From assembly GCA_963737265.1 (NCBI GenBank), contig CAVTRY010000016.1:128001-192000 (forward strand): a DNA stretch of 64,000 nucleotides, read 5' to 3'. Under the pieces are notes generated by a model. That model worked only from the letters and a program-made list of their open reading frames with translations. It was not told where the DNA came from and searched no databases. The stretch comes from an uncultured delta proteobacterium. Its GTDB lineage: Bacteria > Myxococcota_A > Polyangia > Fen-1088. A program made the translations under genes and the position numbers. Shown here piece after piece: positions 9,156-18,375 of this stretch (its first letter is position 1; each line of letters starts with the position of its first letter).

Positions 9156-9992
9156 TTAGGCGGCCTCTTTCATCGCCGACTTCTTTAGTTCGAATTCGTA
9201 AAACGCTACGGGTGTCTGAAATCCAAGGGTTTGGTGAGGCCGCCTGTGGTTGTACTTGTCCAGGTAGATCGCGATGCCACTGCGGGCGTCGGCCACGTCT
9301 CGGTAGTCGTTCAAGTAGACCTCCTCGCATTTGACAGACCGCCATAGACGCTCGACGAAGATGTTGTCCATGAATCGGCCGCGACCGTCCATGCTGACCT
9401 TTACGCCCTTGTCCAGCAAAACCGATGTGAAGTTGTCGTCGGTAAACTGCGACCCCTGGTCGGTGTTGAAGATCTCCGGCAAGCCGAAGTTCGCAAGAGC
9501 TTCTTCCACGACCTCGATGCAAAAACGGCTGTCCATCGTGTTTGAAATGCGCCAGGACAGAACCCGGCGCGTGTACCAATCCATCACGGCGACCAGGTAG
9601 CAATGCCCCTGTCTCGTCGGGATGTACGTGATATCCGAGGCCCACACCTGATTGGGCCGAATGATCGCGAGATGGCGCAGCAAGTACGGGAATTTCGTAT
9701 GTTCCGGCGCGGGGACGGTCGTCCGTGGTTTGGGCGCCAGCGCTTCGATGCCCATGATTCGCATCAGTCTCTGCACCCGTTTGCGATTCACCGTCTGCCC
9801 CTGTGCCTTTAGCAACCGTGACAGCTTCCGGCTGCCGAATGCTGGCAATTCGAGATGCAGCTTGTCCAGCTCCTTGCAGATGGCCAGATCTTCCTCTGCC
9901 ATCGGCATCGGCTCCCAGTAGATGCCCGATCTCGCAAGATTCAGCAGCTCGCACTGCCGACGGACAGATAGGTCGTTGTGGGGCTCGATCAT
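9156..9992 (-). CDS. IS3 transposase OrfB (DDE integrase core)
   Basis: NQVWASDITY, NTDQGSQFT, DNIFVERLWRSVKCE. Confidence 0.95.
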   Translation of the reverse strand: MIEPHNDLSVRRQCELLNLARSGIYWEPMPMAEEDLAICKELDKLHLELPAFGSRKLSRLLKAQGQTVNRKRVQRLMRIMGIEALAPKPRTTVPAPEHTKFPYLLRHLAIIRPNQVWASDITYIPTRQGHCYLVAVMDWYTRRVLSWRISNTMDSRFCIEVVEEALANFGLPEIFNTDQGSQFTDDNFTSVLLDKGVKVSMDGRGRFMDNIFVERLWRSVKCEEVYLNDYRDVADARSGIAIYLDKYNHRRPHQTLGFQTPVAFYEFELKKSAMKEAA

Positions 9993-10006
9993 GGCGCGCT
10001 TCTCCG

Positions 10007-10300
10007 TCAGCGAATGCGCGCGAGCCCGCGTGCTAAAAAATCATTCTCCAGCGTCAGCTGCCCCACCTTGCGCAGCAATTCCGATTCGCGTTCGGCGTTC
10101 GCCGATTCCTCTGCATTTGCATGGCCTGGTTCGAAAACCATGGCCAGCCGTGTGACGGCTTCCTTCTTCCACTTGTGAACCAGGTTCGGGTTGATCTTGT
10201 ATCGGCGCCCGATCTCCACAACCGTTGCCTGCTCCCGCATGGCTTCGAGAGCTACCTGCGCCTTGAAGAGTGCTGTGTGCTTTTGGCGGTTCGTTTTCAT
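10007..10300 (-). CDS. IS3 transposase OrfA (HTH), joined to OrfB by a predicted -1 frameshift
   Basis: FKAQVALEA..KVGQLTLENDFL. T TTT TTA slippery site at 10034-10040; the -1 frame is open into OrfB. Confidence 0.9.
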   Translation of the reverse strand: MKTNRQKHTALFKAQVALEAMREQATVVEIGRRYKINPNLVHKWKKEAVTRLAMVFEPGHANAEESANAERESELLRKVGQLTLENDFLARGLARIR

Positions 10301-10921
10301 CGTGTCCTGCCTCGTTGTTGAGGCGGACTACACCTTAGCTCCTGGTCCCATTTTTGGGGTCCACTTCAGTGCCACGCAGAATCTCGCCGGTGGTGAGGGC
10401 CGCGACGCAATTGGGACCCGGCCACGCGCCAGCAGACCCGACCAGGCCCTCCTTCGCGCCGTGGGCCAAGATGTATCGAAGGCGCGCGTGCGCGGCCCTT
10501 TCGTCGGCGACGACGATGGAGCGGTAGCGGCGAGACCACAGGCGCTCGCGCCACAGATAGAGCCGCCCCGCCTCCTTGGCGACGTTGGCATTCACGAACT
10601 GCATGAAAAGCGCGAGTTGACCGGCGCTGGCCGGCGAGAGGAGAAAATGGGCATGCGTGGAAAGGAATACGAAGGCATGGATGGTCATGCCGTAGAGAGA
10701 CTGGGCCTTGCCGATCACGCCGAGGACGATGGCGGTAAGCTCGGGCGAGGGCTTGAGTAGCAGCCTTCCCTGCAACGTACGGGTGGTGATCTCGACGACG
10801 GAGCGCTCGGGGATGAAACGGAGTGGCCGCAGCATACCGGACTATCGGCAAGGAAAGGCGCAAAGTTGCCCCCGCTGACCTGACCCCGGACAACCTCCGC
10901 GTTCTGAAGTAGCATCTCGCC

Positions 10922-13102
10922 GTGGCTGCGGCGACAACCTCGATCTTGCTGCTCCTGGCTTTGAGCGGTGCCGCCCCATCATGCCCCAAGAATGAAAGGA
11001 CTGGCCGCGAGGCTGGTACCAGAATTTTTCTCGGCGGAGTCTATCGCGAGGCTGGTGCCAGAGTTTTTCTCGGCGGCGCCATCTATCGGTTCAAACTGGA
11101 TGCCGCTGGCGATGTCGCGGAAGAATGCGGCTTCGACGGACTTTTGCGCAAATACGAGCGCGACCTGGCCGGCCGAGTGAAGAAGGTTCTGCGCCCAGGG
11201 GCGAGATTCTCCGAATACGGTTACGATCCAGCCGGCCGAGTGGTCGCCGTCAAGCACAGCGACGGCAGCGAGGAGCAGTTCGCGTACCGCCCCGATGGCG
11301 CCATGATCCAAGCCGGGAACGCCAACGGCGTACTAGCGCTAGAGCGCGATCTGCTCGGCCGCCTGGTGCGGGAAGGCCAGGACGGCCACTTCGTCGAGAG
11401 CCAGTACGACCTGCGCGGCCTGCGCAGCCGCATGACTTCGTCGTTCGGACACGTGCAGGAAATCGAACGCAACGTGATGGGCGACGTGACCGCCATCCGC
11501 GCCGGGGGCGGCTACCTGGCGCCCAAGGACGCGGGCGAGGCGGCGAAGCCCGCGGACATGTTCGAAGCGCGCTTCACCCGCGATCAGCTGGGCCAAGAGC
11601 TGGAGCGCACCCTGCCCGGTGGTGTACGCAGCCGCTGGGAGCGCGACAAGCTGGGCCGCCCCGTGAAGCACGAAGTGTGGTCGGGAAACAAAGCCATCGC
11701 CGCTTGGGCCTACACCTGGGACGTGAACGACCGCCTGCGCATGGTCGTCGACGCGCTCAAGGGCCCCGTCAGCTACGAGCACGATGCTTTCGGCAACCTG
11801 GCCAAAGCCGTCTATGCCGACGGCCAAGTCGACCTGCGCATGCCCGACGCCGTCGGCAACCTGTTCAAGACCACCGACAAGAAAGACCGCAAGTACGGCC
11901 CCGCCGGCCAGCTATTGGAATCGCGGGGCGCCGACGGCGTCACGAAGTACGAATACGACCCCGAAGGCAATCTCGCCAAGAAGATCCTGCCCGACGGCAG
12001 CGAGTGGAAGTACGAGTGGAACGGCGCCGGCATGCTGGCCAAGGTCGTTCGCCCCGACGGCAAGACGGTAGAATTCGGCTACGACGCCCTCGGCCGCCGG
12101 GTCTGGAAGAAATACGGCGCCAAGACCACCAAGTGGATCTGGGACGGCAACGTCCCCGTCCACGAGTGGGTCGAGGTGGATCCGTCCGTGGAAGCTCCGC
12201 CGCCGCAGCAAGAAGCCGTGGAATGGGAAACCGGGCTGACCGCCCGCAAGTTCATGCTGACCAAGCGCTTCGCGCAAGGTCCCCCCTTGTCCGATCCCCT
12301 CTCCCACTGGGAGAGGGCTAGGGTGAGGGAAAATGCGACGGGAACAGCCGCCGCCCCCATCACCTGGGTCTTTGAGCCCGAAAGCTTCGCTCCCCTCGCC
12401 AAGCTAACCGCCATCGCAAGGTTCGTCATCGTCACCGACCACCTCGGCACGCCCACCGCCATGCTCGACGAGCGGGGGAAGGCGGTGTGGTCCGCCGACA
12501 TCGGCGTGTACGGCAACTTGCGAAACGTCGTCGGCGAGAAGGCGGCGTGTCCGTTTAGGTGGCCGGGGCAATACGAGGACGAAGAGACGGGGCTGTATTA
12601 CAACCGGTTCCGGTACTACGACCCGGGGGCGGGGGAGTATGTCAGTCAGGATCCGATTGGGCTCCGCGCAGGACTCCAATTTGCATCGTACGCCAGAGAT
12701 CCGTTGGCCCATATAGATCCGTTGGGCCTCAGCTGCGTGCCACCTGATCCTGAGGTTGCCGATGCAATTGCGTCTGGACGACCGATCGTAGTTGTCGGCC
12801 GCAGCATGGGACGGGTTGGGCCGGTTGCCGATGCGATTCGGGCAGCGGGAGGGGATGTGAAGACATACAATCCCAGAAACTTCCGTACTACGCCTGGCAA
12901 TATCGAGCCGAAGGACGTGGCGGCGAATCGGTCATGGCTCAAGTATTGGGCAAAGGATCGGAACGCATTGATTGTCGATATCGGATACGACCCCGCCAAA
13001 CCAGGAGTCGCGGGGCCGTTCTACGGCGTAGAACGGGCGTCCCTATACAAGAACTGGGCGTCCGATGGCGTCGACGTTGTTCCGTACAACCCCGGATTCT
13101 AA
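10922..13102 (+). CDS. rhs: Rhs protein 3 (internally truncated, fused to element leader) with C-terminal toxin of unassigned family
   Basis: Rhs homology starts at GAIYRFKLD, matching GAVYRFTLD of Rhs2. Core and DPLGL present. Tip VVGRSMGRV..NRSW..IVDIGYD..FYGVER. Confidence 0.85.
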   Translation: MAAATTSILLLLALSGAAPSCPKNERTGREAGTRIFLGGVYREAGARVFLGGAIYRFKLDAAGDVAEECGFDGLLRKYERDLAGRVKKVLRPGARFSEYGYDPAGRVVAVKHSDGSEEQFAYRPDGAMIQAGNANGVLALERDLLGRLVREGQDGHFVESQYDLRGLRSRMTSSFGHVQEIERNVMGDVTAIRAGGGYLAPKDAGEAAKPADMFEARFTRDQLGQELERTLPGGVRSRWERDKLGRPVKHEVWSGNKAIAAWAYTWDVNDRLRMVVDALKGPVSYEHDAFGNLAKAVYADGQVDLRMPDAVGNLFKTTDKKDRKYGPAGQLLESRGADGVTKYEYDPEGNLAKKILPDGSEWKYEWNGAGMLAKVVRPDGKTVEFGYDALGRRVWKKYGAKTTKWIWDGNVPVHEWVEVDPSVEAPPPQQEAVEWETGLTARKFMLTKRFAQGPPLSDPLSHWERARVRENATGTAAAPITWVFEPESFAPLAKLTAIARFVIVTDHLGTPTAMLDERGKAVWSADIGVYGNLRNVVGEKAACPFRWPGQYEDEETGLYYNRFRYYDPGAGEYVSQDPIGLRAGLQFASYARDPLAHIDPLGLSCVPPDPEVADAIASGRPIVVVGRSMGRVGPVADAIRAAGGDVKTYNPRNFRTTPGNIEPKDVAANRSWLKYWAKDRNALIVDIGYDPAKPGVAGPFYGVERASLYKNWASDGVDVVPYNPGF
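11006..11070 (+). repeat. Two variant motif copies at the leader/Rhs3 junction
   Basis: cgcgaggctggtaccagaatttttctcggcgg and cgcgaggctggtgccagagtttttctcggcgg. Confidence 0.8.
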
Positions 13103-13103
13103 A

Positions 13104-13608
13104 ATGGAAAAGCTGGTTTCTTCCTTCAATGAAATCTTCACCAAGACAGCGCTCGAACGCGTTCTCGTTCCTTGTCAAGAGAAGAGACTTTGAATTCTGC
13201 GACGTTTGGCATGATCGGAATGCCGACCCACGTGATCTTGAGACAAAGATCCGTTATCGGAGTCCACGAGTCTTCGTTGATATCGTCCTGACCGAGGTCG
13301 ATCTTGGACTCTTTGTCTTCGCATGGAGAATTCCAACGGGCGCTGCTCGCGGTGCGTGTTGGGCACTGCAGCCGACTGGTGTCGTGAACTTCGACCTATA
13401 CCTTCAAGATCACTTCGGGGATAGTCTTCCGCCGCTCTTCCTGGATTTGAAGAAGCCGATCTATTTGACAGAGATGTACAATCAACAGTCACGAAAATAC
13501 GCGCGACTCCTTGCGGCTCGACTGCCGGAGGCAATTCGAGGCACAGCAGGGCGTCTCGAGAAATACGGCAGGGAACTACTTGACGGCATCCCCTCTGCAT
13601 TCACGTAG
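13104..13608 (+). CDS. Putative immunity protein for Rhs3 (apparent +1 frameshift near 13156, or alternative start at 13129)
   Basis: ATG 1 bp after the toxin stop. Removing one A in ctcgaac gives MEKLVSSFNEIFTKTALDAFSFLVKRRDFEF, continuous to 13608. Confidence 0.65.
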
Positions 13609-13629
13609 AGTCTCGCTGTGGTCTTCATA

Positions 13630-13970
13630 GCGCTTGGGTGATGCGCTTGGGTGGTGCCAGGGTCTTTCGTGTCCTTCCGTGCTAGGTGCCCGTGCTAGGT
13701 GCCAGAGTCTTGATTAAGGCTTACGTCAGGACGGTGCGTGCTAGGTGCTGCGTGCTAGGTGCCAGAGTCTTGATTAAGGTTTGCGTCAGAACGGTCCCCC
13801 AAGTTCTGTACGGTCGAGTTGATTGAGACCTGATGGGAACTATCTGCCGCTTGGGTGGTGCCAGGGTCTTTCTGAAAACGCTTGGGTGGTGCGCTTGGGT
13901 GGTGCGCTTGGGTGGTGCCAGGGTCTTTCTGAAAACGCTTGGGTGGTGCCAGGGTCTTTCTGAAAACGGG
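13630..13970 (+). repeat. Repeat array 3: about 6 motif copies, including the variant CGTGCTAGGTGCCAGAGTCTTGATTAAGG
   Basis: Standard copies near 13653, 13857, 13914, 13945; variants near 13698 and 13758. Confidence 0.9.
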
Positions 13971-14188
13971 ACGAACGGCGTCCGAGATCGGCAGCGTTCG
14001 AGCGGATAGCGGACAAGGGCGAGGGTCAGGACGGCGGTTTTGTCGTGAAACCTGGCGGTTTCGAGCTGTCCAGGGCCAAGAGCGAGGCGGCGGAAGAGTG
14101 AGCCTCCATGCGCCGGTACACGCCGGACAGACCTGTTCCTTCTCTGCCGGCGGTCCAGTCCAATCACCACGAATCGAGACCAGCCCCG

Positions 14189-14762
14189 TCAGGCCGGTGC
14201 GTTGAACGGCAAGGCCGGCGGGAAAGCCCCGAGGGGAAACATCTCCCTGATCTCGCGGGCGCGGTCGCGCAGGCGCAGGGCTCCGGCGCGGAAAGCGTCG
14301 ACGAAGGCACGGTAGCGGACACGGAATTCCTGCTCCGTCGAGTCGTCGCTTGCGTGGACGAAAGGTGCCGGGCTGCGATGGGTGGTTGTGGGCTTTGCGT
14401 GCGGATCTTGGGCGAGGATGGCGGCGACACCCATGGGAGACCGCCCCTTCTCCTTGTTTTCGGCTTCGGCCGTGGCCTGGATCTCGCCGACGATGCGGCG
14501 GCACTCGGCCTCACCACGTGGGGAGCCGGCCAGCTTTGCTGGCCGCGTACCATCGCGGGAAGGTTTGGAAACACTCCTAGGGTTTCCAAGTCAGAATCGG
14601 TCAGCCGTCAAGTGTTGCAGGCACGGCAATGGAGTGAGCTCGACGTCGAAGGTGGTCGCGAACTGCGACGGGAACACGGTCTCGCCGCGCTGGCGGGCAA
14701 GAAACTCGGCGCTCCGGTCGAACCAGGTGCCACGCAGAATCTCGCCGGAGTGGCCGCGGCAT
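14189..14762 (-). pseudogene. HUH/Y1 transposase copy 3 with a ~431-bp deletion removing the catalytic domain
   Basis: Junction ctcgccgg|agtggccg joins the copy-1 equivalents of 2329 and 2761 through CGG microhomology. Carries the 89-bp insert. Confidence 0.85.
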
Positions 14763-14848
14763 GCCGGACTATCGGCAAGGGAAGGCACAAAGTTGCCCCC
14801 GCTGACCTGACCCCGGACAACCTCCGCGTTCTGAAGTAGCATCTCGCC

Positions 14849-15391
14849 GTGCCTGTGGCGACAACCTCGATCCTGCTGCTCGTGGCGTTGAGCGGTGCTG
14901 CCCCGGCATGCCCCGAGAACGAAAGGACTGGCGCCGTCATGGGGCTCGTGGGAACGGCCACGACACCCAATGCCCTGGCCGCCGGCATGGCCGCGGCGCA
15001 AACCGCCGTCGATACCGCCAAGATGGCCGTCGCCGCCCTGATCCGGGCACGCCCCCGTGTATCGGCGCCATCTTGATGGGCACGCCCACGGTGCTCATCG
15101 GCGGCATTCCGCTGCCGCCCCTCGAAAACTGCGCGCGCGCCTTCTACATGAATCGGACACCATCTACCAGATGAACGCCGACAACGCGGTGGTGTCGGTC
15201 ACCGACGCGTTGGGCGCCGTCACCAAATACGAATTCGACGACTGCTACAACAAGGTCGCCGAAACCGACCCGCTCGACCACACCACCCGGTGGGCGTTCG
15301 ACGAACGGGGCAATTGCACCCAGGTCATGCACCCCAACGGCGCCGAGACTTCGCTTTTCTACGACGAGCGCAATGCGGTGATTCGCGCCGT
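14849..15391 (+). pseudogene. Decayed duplicate of the Rhs2 5' region
   Basis: Same leader junction as Rhs2, a 10-bp deletion at ~15040, a ~0.9-kb deletion at ~15152; homology ends at NAVIRAV. Confidence 0.85.
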
Positions 15392-15536
15392 TATCGCCGT
15401 CACGGTGCCAACCGTCTTTCTGATGTTCGTCGCGTGGTTCATGCCGTGGGCAGCCATCTATGCCAACATCGACCTGAACGCCGACGTTCAGCAGCCTGTG
15501 CCAGCCGACGACCGAGCGCAGCCACCGCAAAAGTGA
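15392..15536 (+). pseudogene. Possible 3' remnant of a membrane-protein gene at the island edge
   Basis: Open frame IAVTVPTVFLMFVAWFMPWAAIYANIDLNAD...PQK*, unrelated to Rhs. Confidence 0.4.
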
Positions 15537-15644
15537 CCCGCGGCCCGATCGCACCAGCCGTTGCGCAAGTCGTTGCGCCAGGGGCCGGGGACGACTAGGC
15601 GCGAAGTTGGCCCGCTAAACTACCCGCACCGCATCGGCTCGGAA

Positions 15645-16535
15645 CTACGGCGGCATACCCATGGCAGCGCGGACGGCGATGAACTCCTCGCTCCGCCGTC
15701 CGCCTGGACCGCGCACCACGAGCGGAGGTTCCATGACGAGGGGTTCGGCGTGCTCGGCTTTGCGCATGGCGAACACGCACAGCAGCGGCTCTTTGCCGGT
15801 GCGAGGAACGATCTCACGCCAACGAACCAGGGCAAGGCCGGCAGCGCGTGCCGCCGGCTCGACGCGATCGCGCTGAGTCCAGGCTTGGCAAGCCACGAAC
15901 GGCGCATTGGGCGCCAAACGAGGCGTGGCCGCCGTGCAGTACGCTTCGATCCCACCGCGGTGCTCGAAACGGCAGGGGCCGCGCTGGATGCGGTCCGATT
16001 GCGGCCCGGCGTCGAGGGGGAAATAGGGAGGCGTGCCGGTCACGAGGTCGAAGGGCGCTTGCTGAGCAAGGTCGAGCGAGTCGCGAAGGTCGTGCACGAA
16101 AATCTGGGCACGATCCGCGATGCCGTTCCATGCGAGCGAACGGTTGGCCAGGCCAGCGGAGATCTCTTGCGCCTCGACGCCGAGGAGTCGCGCACCCGGG
16201 AAACGCCAAGCGAGAAACAACAGCACGCTGCCGATGCCGCAGCCAAGATCGAGGCAGCGCACCGGCGGCTTGTCCGCTACGAGCGACGCGGCCAGGTGAG
16301 CGGTCACGAGATCGTCGAGGGATGTCCGGTGCCCGTCGAGCCGCTGCAGGATGCGCCAGTTACCTGCAAGCCAGCACAGATCCTCCTGCAAATCCGGCCA
16401 CAAGGGATCGAGGTCGGCGGGAATCGCGGGAGTCGGTCCCGATGCGCTCCAGCCCACCGGTCGGCGGGCCGCGCGCAGCACGCCTCCGTGCGGCGAAACT
16501 TGATCGACGGGACCTGGCAACAAGGAGATCGGCAC
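15645..16535 (-). CDS. SAM-dependent methyltransferase, tRNA1(Val) A37-N6 (TrmN6/YfiC)-like
   Basis: ILQRLDGHRTSLDD, LDLGCGIGSV, GTPPYF, CRFEHRGG. Confidence 0.8.
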   Translation of the reverse strand: MPISLLPGPVDQVSPHGGVLRAARRPVGWSASGPTPAIPADLDPLWPDLQEDLCWLAGNWRILQRLDGHRTSLDDLVTAHLAASLVADKPPVRCLDLGCGIGSVLLFLAWRFPGARLLGVEAQEISAGLANRSLAWNGIADRAQIFVHDLRDSLDLAQQAPFDLVTGTPPYFPLDAGPQSDRIQRGPCRFEHRGGIEAYCTAATPRLAPNAPFVACQAWTQRDRVEPAARAAGLALVRWREIVPRTGKEPLLCVFAMRKAEHAEPLVMEPPLVVRGPGGRRSEEFIAVRAAMGMPP

Positions 16536-16683
16536 GGCCTGCGAATAGTATCAGACAGTTATTGAAGGGAGGGCCGCAGCCATCGCCTCGTCCGCGAAGC
16601 AAATTCGCGGACTTCACCCCACCTGCGGCCGAGCTCTTGGCTCGGCTGCTGGGGAACTATCCAATTCTTGGACGTTTTTCACT

Positions 16684-18189
16684 TCAGCCTCCGGCTTCGT
16701 CCATGTGGTAGCCCGCTTCGCCGTGGTCGAGGATGTCGAGGCCCTGCTCCTCGTTGTCGATGTCGGGACGCAAGCCGAGGACCGCCTTGAGCCCGTACGC
16801 CAGCACGGCGGTGCCAGCCAGCGCCATGGCAATGGTCACGCCCATGGCCTTCAGTTGCTCGATCCACAGCGTCTTGCCGACAATCTGAGCCAGGTTGGTA
16901 TTGAGGTTGCTGTTCACCTCGGGCGTCGCCAGGAAACCAGTCAGCAGCGCGCCCAATGTTCCGCCCACGCCATGAACCCCGAAGGTGTCGAGCGCGTCGT
17001 CATACTTGAAGATGTGCTTCAGCTTCGTGCAGGCGAAGTAGGGAACAATCGCGGCAAGCACGCCGATGATAACAGCGCCGGTGGGCGACACGAAGCCAGC
17101 GGCAGGAGTTATCACGACCAGGCCCGCCACCACGCCGGAACAGAAACCGAGGACGGTCGGCTTGCCACGCGTCAGCCACTCGATGAGCGGCCACACCGAG
17201 CCAGCCACGGCGGCGGCCAGCGTGGTGGCCAAAAACGCGCCCGCGGCGATGCCGTCTGCTGCTACCGCGCTGCCGGCATTGAAGCCGTACCAGCCGACCC
17301 ACAACATCCCGGTTCCCACCGCCGTGAGCACCATGCTGTGGGGCATGAAGGGCCGGTGGCCAAAGCCCTTGCGCGGACCGAGGATGATGGCCAGTAGCAG
17401 CGCCGACCAGCCCGAGGACATGTGCACCACCGTGCCCCCGGCGAAGTCGATGGCCTTGATGCCGGCTTTGGCGTTGCCGAGCCCGTTCATCATGCCGTCC
17501 ACACCCCACACCATGTGAGCGAGCGGGAAGTAGATCAGCAGCATCCAGCCCAAGATGAAGGCCATGACCGCCGAATATTTCATGCGCTCGGCGATGGCCC
17601 CCACGATCAGCGCCGGCGTGATGATGGCGAACATCATCTGATACATGGCGAAGACCGTCTGGGAAACCCACGGGCCGTAGTCGGCGTTGGGCGTGGCGCC
17701 CACGCCGCGCAGAAAGGCGTATTTCATCGAGCCCAAAACCGACGCACCGCTGGCCGATCCACTGCTGGCGAACACGGCGCTGTAGCCGAACGCCCACCAA
17801 AGAATCGTTACCAGTCCGGCACAGCCGAAACACTGGGCCACGACCGAAAGAATGTTCTTCCGCCGCACGAGGCCGCCATAAAACAAGGCCAACCCCGGCA
17901 GTGTCATGAAGAGCACGAGCGCGGCCGAGGTCATCATCCAGGCGTTGTGTCCGGGCCCCGGCGAGATCAGTGCCTTGGGCGCCGTGTTGGTGATGTAGGC
18001 TTCCAAGTCGGCAACCCGCGTGGCAAGGTCGGGTCCGGCAATCGCGGGCGCGGCGACGGGGACGACGACCGCGGCGGGCGCTGTCGCCGGCTGAGCGGGC
18101 TCCTGACCATAGGCCTGCCTGTGCGCGAAAAGCCCGAACAACAGGGCCGGAACGAGCAGCGAAACCAGCGCGATTTGCCTTGCTTGCAT
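16684..18189 (-). CDS. amtB: Ammonium transporter
   Basis: FMTLPGLALFYGGLVR, DFAGGTVVH, GWYGFNAGS, DDALDTFGVHGVGG. Start placed at MQARQ. Confidence 0.95.
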   Translation of the reverse strand: MQARQIALVSLLVPALLFGLFAHRQAYGQEPAQPATAPAAVVVPVAAPAIAGPDLATRVADLEAYITNTAPKALISPGPGHNAWMMTSAALVLFMTLPGLALFYGGLVRRKNILSVVAQCFGCAGLVTILWWAFGYSAVFASSGSASGASVLGSMKYAFLRGVGATPNADYGPWVSQTVFAMYQMMFAIITPALIVGAIAERMKYSAVMAFILGWMLLIYFPLAHMVWGVDGMMNGLGNAKAGIKAIDFAGGTVVHMSSGWSALLLAIILGPRKGFGHRPFMPHSMVLTAVGTGMLWVGWYGFNAGSAVAADGIAAGAFLATTLAAAVAGSVWPLIEWLTRGKPTVLGFCSGVVAGLVVITPAAGFVSPTGAVIIGVLAAIVPYFACTKLKHIFKYDDALDTFGVHGVGGTLGALLTGFLATPEVNSNLNTNLAQIVGKTLWIEQLKAMGVTIAMALAGTAVLAYGLKAVLGLRPDIDNEEQGLDILDHGEAGYHMDEAGG

Positions 18190-18375
18190 GACGTTTCTTC
18201 CTTCCGGCCGCAACGTAGATGCGCGCGCAGGATGTAGCAAGGTATTCTCGACTACTTGGTCTAGATTTAGCTGCGAAGAAACCGGAACAGTGCACAGAAG
18301 CAACTAGAAAGAAACGTATTAGAAACAGATGGTCCGAAAACGGCAGTTTTCGTTTGGGATGCTAGAACGAAGCTC

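Larger units (their letters stand above)
8933..10368 (-). mobile_element. IS3-family insertion sequence, 1436 bp
   Basis: Terminal inverted repeats TGAAGTGGACCCC / GGGGTCCACTTCA. 3-bp target duplication GTG at 8930-8932 and 10369-10371. Confidence 0.95.
8472..10835 (-). pseudogene. HUH/Y1 transposase copy 2, interrupted by IS3 and by a +1 A near 8846
   Basis: 10369-10835 and 8472-8932 match copy 1. ctcgaacgtc here versus ctcgacgtc in copy 1. Confidence 0.85.

Noticed and set aside
12934-13103. 5' extension of the immunity 3 ORF
   Set aside because: Overlaps the toxin in another frame; better starts exist at 13104 or 13129.
15561-16565. Plus-strand 334-aa ORF and similar long antisense ORFs (e.g. 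2624-4378, 25179-26930, 45650-46909)
   Set aside because: Shadows of well-supported genes on the opposite strand.
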